Origin: Candidatus Kaiserbacteria bacterium
Lineage (GTDB): Bacteria; Patescibacteriota; Minisyncoccia; Phycocordibacterales; UBA2100
Direction: 5' to 3'
Assembly (NCBI GenBank): GCA_016217935.1
Contig: JACRFJ010000001.1
Location: 1-24,000, forward strand
Length of the DNA stretch: 24,000 nucleotides
The notes beneath the pieces are model-generated. The model was not told the DNA's origin and did not search any database. It was given only the letters and a program-made list of their open reading frames with translations. The stretch's first letter is position 1. The number at the start of each line of letters is the position of its first letter. Positions 1-6,266 of this stretch are shown in pieces. The position numbers and the translations under genes are program-made.

Positions 1-3000
1 GACGATGCGACCGTGAGCGTCCAGAAAGGCGAGGTCGTCGCAATGCCGAAATATCCTTTCAGGTTGTCGAACCGTGCGCGTTCGCTCTGCGCGGCGTAGA
101 ATCGCAAACCAACTTGGGACGCAGACGTGTTGTTGATATCGAGATAGCTGACTCCACCGTTTGAAACTGCCTGCGTACCATTGGCGAAAAGTCCTGTGTT
201 GTTGATGTATACCTTCATCGCTGGTGCCGAGATCGTTGTACCGGTGAGCAGTGTCGAAGATGCGTACGGGAATTGCGATGCAACAGTCGTTGACGTCGCG
301 ACGAGGTAATTGACCGTGGGCGAAGTCGACGCGGCAAGCACGCTGGTACTTCCATCGCTGTAGATCCAGCCCTGCCCGAAAGAAGCGGCACCAGTGCCGC
401 CACGATTGATCGCAAGCGTCGATGACGCACTCCACGTACCTGAATTGACGACTGCAATTCCTGTCCAGCCCGAAGAGTCTTGGCCGGTGCCGCCCTGCGT
501 CGTGCCAAGTGTTCCCGATATATTTCCAAGCGCGATGCAGTTGCTGGCGATAGCAAAGCAGCCCGCAGACAAGCTGACGCCACGTGAAAATGTCGAGGTC
601 GCAGTCCCCGTGAGATTGAGCGCCGTTGTCGTGATCCCACCGGTAAATGTCGAGGTCGATGTGTTGGTGACCGAGAGATTGGTGACCGACGACGTCCCGA
701 TTGTCGCATCTCCATCGTTGCCGATCGAAAATACAGTCGTTCCGGTCGAGGACGCGAGCGTGAGGAGATTTGCCGTCTGCGTCGAGAACCCTTGGAGCTT
801 GAGCGTCGGGATCGTGGTTGACCCTGAAGCGCTTTGAATGAAAACAGGTTGATTAGATTCAAATCGGTCGAGCGTCGAATTCCATGAGAGCAGCGCATTC
901 GGGACCGTGATGCCGCGGTAAAAAATGATCGACTGATCCTCTGTATCCGCAGAGACGTTGTCCGAATTGATTGTAAAAGTACTTGCAGTCGTGCCTGCGA
1001 TTGTCGAAGACGCAGCCGCAATATTGTTTGCATTCAAAGTACCAACGTACGCATTGCGCCAATAGAACGATGCTGAGCCGAGATCGTACGTTGCATTCTG
1101 GGAAGGTACGAGATGCGAGGTAATGCCGGAATTTGCGGAGAGCGAATCGACACTAAGTCGCGAAGTATAAAAGTTTGTTGTTGTCGCATTCGTACCGACA
1201 AAGTTGGTGGTGAAAAGATTTGAAGATGTGGCATTGGTAAAGACTGATGGGCCAGACACATAGAAGTTGGTCGACGTCGCATTCGTCGTGGTGGCATTGG
1301 TTGCCGTCAAACCGGTTGCGGTGATTGCCGTGGCGACGAGATTCGTAATCGTCGCAGCCGTCGCAGTGAGCGTATCGATGATGCCGGTTGTGAAATGTGT
1401 GAGCGTGGAAAAGAGAGTCGTTGAAGTTGCGCCGATGGAGAAGAGGTTCGTCGAACTCGCGGTTGTCGCAAAGAAGTTCGTTGTCGTCGCGTTTGTCCCC
1501 GTCGCGTTGAGCCATGTGAGATTTGTCGTCGAAGCGGTCGCGAGCGATGCGTTCCCGACATAGAGATTGGTCGAGGTCGCGTTCGTACCCGTGGCACTCA
1601 GCCACGTGAGATTTGTTGTTGATGCAGTGAGGAGTGACGAGAGCCCAGAGACATAGAGACTGGTGGAGGTTGCATTGGTGGTCGTCGCGTTGGTCGCGGT
1701 GAGCCCCGTTATGTTGGCGACCGTTGCAGTGAGCGTATCGATGATGCCGCTCGTCAGTCGTGCGAGCGAGGCAAAAAGTGAAGTCGATGTCGCATTGGTT
1801 GCGACGAAGGTGGATGTGTATCCGTAGGTCGATGTGGCGTTTGTCGTCGAGGCATTCGTCGCGAAGAAATTCGTTGTCGTCGCGCTGGTTGACGTGAAAT
1901 CGGTAACCGTCGTGGTCGAAAGACCGGAGATACCACTTACGTTCAGTGTCGTCGCACTGATCGTTGAGTTTGTGATCGTTGCATCCGTAATATCCCCGTG
2001 CGTGAAGCGAGAATTCGAGATACCAACATCACGGAGCGTATCGATCCTCTGTGTAAGCACGATTTGATTCGCGAGCCCACCGGAGGCAGGTGGCGAGGAG
2101 ACACTGGTAATCGAGTAAATCTTGCTCGAGAGCTTGTTGTCAAGCTCCTGCAGACGTCCACTTAAGTATTCTTCGGTAATTCCGCCTGCGCTCGCGATTT
2201 GTGAGGGAGACGAGGGCTCGATGATTCGCTCAATGACGCGTTCAGTGACGGGATGTGTAACGATCGTTGTTGGAGTGGAGGCTGGCACGAGTGATGGACT
2301 CTTCGTTGCCAATGATTCTCGCTTATTTGCAGATGCATATGGAGCTACACGTACAGTGACTTCGGCATCGCCGTCAGCTGCAGTCGCGGCATTTGATCGC
2401 ACGAGGCTCGCTGGAAAAGCGATCGAGTATACGAACGAGTCAACGCGCGAATTAAATCCGCGTGCAAGAGACTCAAGTCCATGTGGAATCGATGCCGCGA
2501 GAAGTTGCAGCGTGCCAAGGGGATTCTCCGCCGCAAGAGCAACCTGAGTTTCTGCACGTGTCGCGAGATCACGTGTGTGTTCGAGGGGTCGGATAAAAGC
2601 AAGGGAGGAGTCACGTATCGACTCAAGCGCGACACGTGCAGTATCCTGGTCAACGAGCGCATACGTTCCGAAGGTGAGCATGCATGCGAGCGTGAGCGCA
2701 ATGAGCCTATGCAAGAAATCAGTGATCGGAGTTACGACGTGGATCGGAATGTGTGGCGAGGAAACCACCGCTGCTCGAAGCGCTGCATCCGACGATCCAG
2801 CAGAGAGTGTTGCGGCACGAGCCATTTTCTGTATCGTCTCCGCTGCAAGTGCACTTGCGGGTCTCGCTGCGATCGCGTGCTCAAGATGACGCACGCTTTT
2901 TTCGACCGTATTGACGACAGGTTCTATGTAGGATTGCTCATTCGACGTATGCGAGATGCCCCGAGGAGGGTATCGCCCCTCGGATGAATGCATCCGATGG

Positions 3001-3251
3001 TATTCGCGGAGTCGATCTTCCGTGAGGTTCTGGCGGCGTTTGGCCTTCTCGAACCCCTGAAGCGCAAGAAAAGATCGGAAAGATTCTTCTTCTGCATACC
3101 AATTTCTGCCGAGGCGTCGACCCTTCACCTTTCCGTGACGACACAGAAGTGCAACGTAGTCACGGGTAAAGCCGAAAATATTTGATGCGTCATAAGCCGA
3201 TATGTAACGTCTCCCGTCAAAGTAGATCTCGTCCTTGAAGTTGTCCGTCAT
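1..3251 (-). CDS. Giant single-pass membrane protein (3'-partial): N-terminal HTH_17/excisionase-like module, one TM helix, Thr/Asn/Ala-rich tail-fibre-like repeat ectodomain
   Basis: Hand translation of the minus frame (codon first bases at coordinates = 2 mod 3) is open from ATG 3251-3249 to coordinate 1. In-frame TAA (3293-3291) and TAG (3278-3276) lie just upstream. N-terminus: MTDNFKDEIYFDGRRYISAYDASNIFGFTRDYVALLCRHGKVKGRRLGRNWYAEEESF. TM: LIALTLACMLTFGTYALV (about 2652-2705). Downstream repeats include TNATSTNLYVSG, TTNLTWLSATGTNAT and GIIDTLTATxANIT. Near the window edge: LVPSQNATYDLGSASFYWRNAYV, INRGGTGAASF, SERARFDNLKGYFGIATTSP. It is absent from the ORF track because no stop codon lies in the window. 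Confidence 0.8.
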   Translation of the reverse strand, partial: MTDNFKDEIYFDGRRYISAYDASNIFGFTRDYVALLCRHGKVKGRRLGRNWYAEEESFRSFLALQGFEKAKRRQNLTEDRLREYHRMHSSEGRYPPRGISHTSNEQSYIEPVVNTVEKSVRHLEHAIAARPASALAAETIQKMARAATLSAGSSDAALRAAVVSSPHIPIHVVTPITDFLHRLIALTLACMLTFGTYALVDQDTARVALESIRDSSLAFIRPLEHTRDLATRAETQVALAAENPLGTLQLLAASIPHGLESLARGFNSRVDSFVYSIAFPASLVRSNAATAADGDAEVTVRVAPYASANKRESLATKSPSLVPASTPTTIVTHPVTERVIERIIEPSSPSQIASAGGITEEYLSGRLQELDNKLSSKIYSITSVSSPPASGGLANQIVLTQRIDTLRDVGISNSRFTHGDITDATITNSTISATTLNVSGISGLSTTTVTDFTSTSATTTNFFATNASTTNATSTYGYTSTFVATNATSTSLFASLARLTSGIIDTLTATVANITGLTATNATTTNATSTSLYVSGLSSLLTASTTNLTWLSATGTNATSTNLYVGNASLATASTTNLTWLNATGTNATTTNFFATTASSTNLFSIGATSTTLFSTLTHFTTGIIDTLTATAATITNLVATAITATGLTATNATTTNATSTNFYVSGPSVFTNATSSNLFTTNFVGTNATTTNFYTSRLSVDSLSANSGITSHLVPSQNATYDLGSASFYWRNAYVGTLNANNIAAASSTIAGTTASTFTINSDNVSADTEDQSIIFYRGITVPNALLSWNSTLDRFESNQPVFIQSASGSTTIPTLKLQGFSTQTANLLTLASSTGTTVFSIGNDGDATIGTSSVTNLSVTNTSTSTFTGGITTTALNLTGTATSTFSRGVSLSAGCFAIASNCIALGNISGTLGTTQGGTGQDSSGWTGIAVVNSGTWSASSTLAINRGGTGAASFGQGWIYSDGSTSVLAASTSPTVNYLVATSTTVASQFPYASSTLLTGTTISAPAMKVYINNTGLFANGTQAVSNGGVSYLDINNTSASQVGLRFYAAQSERARFDNLKGYFGIATTSPFWTLTVAS
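1200..2000 (-). repeat. In-frame intragenic coding repeats of the giant surface protein (about 27-aa units and a 363-nt / 121-aa duplication)
   Basis: An exact 24-nt repeat gcagtgagcgtatcgatgatgccg occurs at 1363-1386 and 1726-1749, an offset of 363 nt (divisible by 3). Both copies encode GIIDTLTAT. The ccaYgtgagatttgt motif recurs at about 1511 and 1591 (about 81 nt apart) and encodes TTNLTWL. Confidence 0.8.
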
Positions 3252-3517
3252 GATTTTTTCGGAGATCCGATTTAACTATGATTTTACTAGTTATTTCGGC
3301 TATTGGACGCATAAAGGACGCGCTCATGTGTGGATAAAAGTAAAACGTATGAATCCCGACTCACAGATCATTCTTTTTTGTCTTTTACGCTATTTCTGCT
3401 CGAGGGAACATGCGCACGGCTCACAATCTGGATCCTTAAGCACAACCGCAATCGAGGTGGAACTGATCTCGGCCTTCCGACGTACGTATTTCCTCATCGA
3501 TTTGCGTGAATGGAGTT

Positions 3518-3550
3518 CATATAAAGCGAAAACGACTCCTCGAGTCGTTT
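3518..3550 (-). terminator. Intrinsic terminator after the 3606..4550 gene
   Basis: Minus strand reads AAACGACTC-GAG-GAGTCGTTT (9-bp perfect stem, 3530-3550), followed by TCGCTTTATAT. It lies 56 nt downstream of the stop at 3606. Confidence 0.6.
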
Positions 3551-3605
3551 CAAATCTTAATCATAGCTTTGTCCTATGAAAACGTTGCCAATACAGAGCT
3601 CGAAT

Positions 3606-4550
3606 CTATCGATCGTACTGCAATTCAATTGAGATCACTGCCTCAAGGATTTCGCCGATGCGATCGAGAGCTTCGGAGGCAGACGCGGTGAGTGAGCGTA
3701 CTGCAGTCGATCGAGTTTTGAGTGCTGCGTACGTGGAGCTATCTTTTAGCGTCAGAATGCCGTATGAGAGTACCAGGATGATGGTAAACGCAGCTGTCCC
3801 TTTCAGAGCCAAGGACATAGTCTTTCGGGATCTCCCGCTTCTTTTTCCCGAATCACTTCTCCAGGAAATCTTCGTCTGTGAAACATGCGTCGTAGAAGGC
3901 ATGACACGTATCGGAATTGAGTGACTCGGTTCTTTTTTTTCCTCTTCGATCCTGCCTCCACCCATTACTTCGTTGCTCCTGACTAAGTGAGGAATCAAAT
4001 CATGAGCTTCAGAATGGTACGTAAAGTGCATTTTCTTTGAATCAATGTTTTTCGATTCCAGATTTGCACGTTGCTCTTGAGACGGTATAGAGGCTTGTAG
4101 ACCCACTGACTCAACTTGCACTTTTGCAAGAAGAGTATCTTTTTCCCTTTTGTGCGCCAAAAGTCCTTCGCGCTCTACGTACCACCGGTTTCCGACTTGG
4201 CGCGAAAGTATCTTTCCTGCGCGAGCAAGCTGCCCAACGTAATCCTGGTTGTACGCCGTGATTTTCGACGCTCGGGACGCCGAGATATAGTCTTTTCCGT
4301 CGAAATTCACTATTGCCTCAGGATCCTGCGCAAAACTCCTCCCCGCAGGCTGGGGTCTGGCTATAGCACTATTTTGCTTGTATCTAAGGAGAGAATCCAT
4401 TGAAACGTACCACAGGCCGCCAACGCGCTGCGCGTCGATCACACCCGATCTTCCAAGCTGGCCTATGTAGTCTTGAGCATAGCCGCTTTCATCGGCCGCT
4501 TTTTTTGAGGATACGTATGTCTTACCCGATATGAACAGCTCATCCGCCAT
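3606..4550 (-). CDS. Single-pass membrane protein with two tandem HTH_17/excisionase-like modules (paralog of the N-terminus of the 1..3251 ORF)
   Basis: 314-aa ORF. Two modules: LFISGKTYVSSKKAADESGYAQDYIGQLGRSGVIDAQRVGGLWYV and VNFDGKDYISASRASKITAYNQDYVGQLARAGKILSRQVGNRWYV. Basic stretch KRSGRSRK, then TM LALKGTAAFTIILVLSYGILTL and a short C-terminal tail. Confidence 0.8.
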   Translation of the reverse strand: MADELFISGKTYVSSKKAADESGYAQDYIGQLGRSGVIDAQRVGGLWYVSMDSLLRYKQNSAIARPQPAGRSFAQDPEAIVNFDGKDYISASRASKITAYNQDYVGQLARAGKILSRQVGNRWYVEREGLLAHKREKDTLLAKVQVESVGLQASIPSQEQRANLESKNIDSKKMHFTYHSEAHDLIPHLVRSNEVMGGGRIEEEKKEPSHSIPIRVMPSTTHVSQTKISWRSDSGKRSGRSRKTMSLALKGTAAFTIILVLSYGILTLKDSSTYAALKTRSTAVRSLTASASEALDRIGEILEAVISIELQYDR

Positions 4551-4556
4551 AGTGGC

Positions 4557-4562
4557 ATTATA
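4557..4562 (-). promoter_or_regulatory. Perfect -10 hexamer TATAAT 6 nt upstream of the ATG at 4550 (possible leaderless transcript)
   Basis: Minus strand reads gcgaTATAATgccactATG. There is no Shine-Dalgarno motif, and the -35 region is weak. Confidence 0.3.
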
Positions 4563-4607
4563 TCGCGTATCTCGGAAAGCCGATCTCGGCTCTGTGGTCG
4601 CTGTGGA

Positions 4608-6041
4608 TTAGCGAATGAGGGACCTCAATATTTCTCGCAGCATTTCGGGATCCCCTGCCCCTTTGAGTTCCTTCATACTCTGCCCGAGGAGAAATTCGAG
4701 TGCCGAATCCTTTCCTGCCTTATAGTCCTCTGCGACTTGCCCGTGTCTGTTGAGGATGCGCAAAGCGACCTCGCGGAGCTTCTCAATATTTGTTTCCTGA
4801 AGAAGACCTTCAGCCTTCGCATAGACTTCAGGATCCTGATCATGGGATACAAGAGCAGTCAGAATGTCTTTCGCAGACCGAGAAGAAACTGTTTTCATTT
4901 GAATCATTTCAATCAGCTTTGCAAAATGAGTCGCAGAAATCGGTATTTTATCCAGAGATTTCGTATCTCGCTCTTCGATGTCTCGGATGATTTTGACCAA
5001 GTCGTTTGCAACGTAGTTAATTGCGGTGTTGTACTCGACGGCAGCGATCTTAGTTACTTCATCGAAGTAGTCTCCAAAACGTCTATCCCTCACAAGAAGC
5101 TCGATGTCGTCGGACTGCAGAGCAAGATCCCGATATCGCTTTCTTCTATCTTCCGGTAACTCTGAAAGAGCGTCTCTCAAAATATCAGGATGAAATTCTG
5201 GAAGTTCTGAAAGCTTTAGGAACGGGAGGTCAGGATCAGGAAAATATCGATAGTCCGCACTTCCCTCTTTTATACGCTGACTGAATGTTGCCTGCTTTGA
5301 CTCATCCCATCCCCGTGTTTCTTGCACGACTGTTCCACCGCTCTCAATAAGCTTTTTTTGACGGTCCAGCTCGTACGCAACTGCCCTTTCCATTGCGCGA
5401 AATGAATTGAGATTCTTGATCTCGACTTTCGTACCATATACGCCATTTTGACCGAGGGATACATTCGCCTCGACGCGCATCTCCCCGCGCTCCATGTTTG
5501 CTTCACTTGCACCCAGATATCGCAGCAGGAGCTGCAGGTCACGCGCAAATCTCCCTGCGTGCTCGGCACTTGAGATGACGGGTTCTGTTACAAGTTCCAT
5601 GAGTGGGACACCTGCTCGATTGTAGTCGACGAGTGTTGCCCCGGTCTTTTCATCGTGAATCGAGCTTGCCGTGTCTTCCTCGAGATGTACGCGTGTAATC
5701 TGGACGCCACTCAGTTCCCCTCCCTTCACGAGTGGGAATTCGTATTGCGAGAGCTGGTATCCTTTCGGCAAATCAGGGTAAAAGTAATTCTTGCGATCGA
5801 ATTCGGTGTAATCGGCAAGTTCACCCTTGAGCGCTAATCCAACTCGTAAGACGTGTTTTACGGCCTCGGCATTGATGACTGGCAAGGTCCCAGGATGCGC
5901 CAGGCATACGGGACAAATATGCGTGTTTGCTTCAGCAGTAAACGGATCATTTGCAGAGTCGCAAAACATCTTTGTGCGAGTCTTCAGCTCCGCATGAATC
6001 TCAAGTCCTATTGTGGGCTCATATACGGCCATGTACGCCAT
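4608..6041 (-). CDS. gatB: Aspartyl/glutamyl-tRNA(Asn/Gln) amidotransferase subunit B
   Basis: 477 aa. The N-terminus YEPTIGLEIHAELKTRTKMFCDS...HICPVCLAHPGTLPV is canonical GatB, followed by the RVHLEEDT and RVEANVS motifs and a C-terminal YqeY-like tail. The start could be M1 (6041) or M4 (6032). Confidence 0.95.
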   Translation of the reverse strand: MAYMAVYEPTIGLEIHAELKTRTKMFCDSANDPFTAEANTHICPVCLAHPGTLPVINAEAVKHVLRVGLALKGELADYTEFDRKNYFYPDLPKGYQLSQYEFPLVKGGELSGVQITRVHLEEDTASSIHDEKTGATLVDYNRAGVPLMELVTEPVISSAEHAGRFARDLQLLLRYLGASEANMERGEMRVEANVSLGQNGVYGTKVEIKNLNSFRAMERAVAYELDRQKKLIESGGTVVQETRGWDESKQATFSQRIKEGSADYRYFPDPDLPFLKLSELPEFHPDILRDALSELPEDRRKRYRDLALQSDDIELLVRDRRFGDYFDEVTKIAAVEYNTAINYVANDLVKIIRDIEERDTKSLDKIPISATHFAKLIEMIQMKTVSSRSAKDILTALVSHDQDPEVYAKAEGLLQETNIEKLREVALRILNRHGQVAEDYKAGKDSALEFLLGQSMKELKGAGDPEMLREILRSLIR

Positions 6042-6236
6042 AGTACCTTATGTTCTCAAGCAGGAAGACCTTTCCTATGCCTAGAGGCTTGTGAGCGGTA
6101 CGTGCAACAAGATTCCCGAATACGGTCGAGCAAAAAATCAATCAAGGTACAAAAGCTTCGCTCAAGACCGATTTCGAAATGAAATATATATTCATTTCCT
6201 TAGATGCTCGCCAATCCGAGATTGAGATTTGTGACT

Positions 6237-6265
6237 GAAAATAAAGTCATCTCGGAGTCCGAGAT
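6237..6265 (-). terminator. Intrinsic terminator immediately after the secA stop
   Basis: Minus strand reads ATCTCGG-ACT-CCGAGAT (7-bp stem, 6249-6265), followed by GACTTTATTTTCAG. It starts 1 nt after the TAG at 6269-6267. Confidence 0.65.
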
Positions 6266-6266
6266 A

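Noticed and set aside
1200-2000. Short recurring DNA repeats that might suggest a CRISPR array or satellite
   Set aside because: The repeats are in frame and of variable spacing (81 and 363 nt). They are imperfect and encode a consistent peptide repeat. There is no repeat-spacer architecture.
215-2161. Many track ORFs on both strands (for example 215..1033 minus, 272 aa, Arg/Ser-rich; 1153..1605 minus; 1267..1563 plus; 1834..2067 plus)
   Set aside because: All overlap the long open minus frame (codon starts = 2 mod 3). That frame gives a coherent repeat protein continuous with an N-terminal domain and a TM helix. The listed ORFs are low-complexity shadow frames created by the ACN/GCN/AAY-rich repeats.
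2122-3185. Track ORFs in plus and alternative minus frames (2122..2547, 2481..2987, 2575..2889, 2938..3144, 2988..3185)
   Set aside because: They lie antisense to, or out of frame with, the N-terminal third of the giant ORF, whose HTH-like module is independently supported by paralogy with gene 3606..4550.
3235-3579. Plus-strand 114-aa ORF in the spacer upstream of the giant gene
   Set aside because: It has no SD or promoter context and an implausible composition. It spans the minus-strand terminator (3518-3550) and the start region of the giant gene. All supported genes are on the minus strand.
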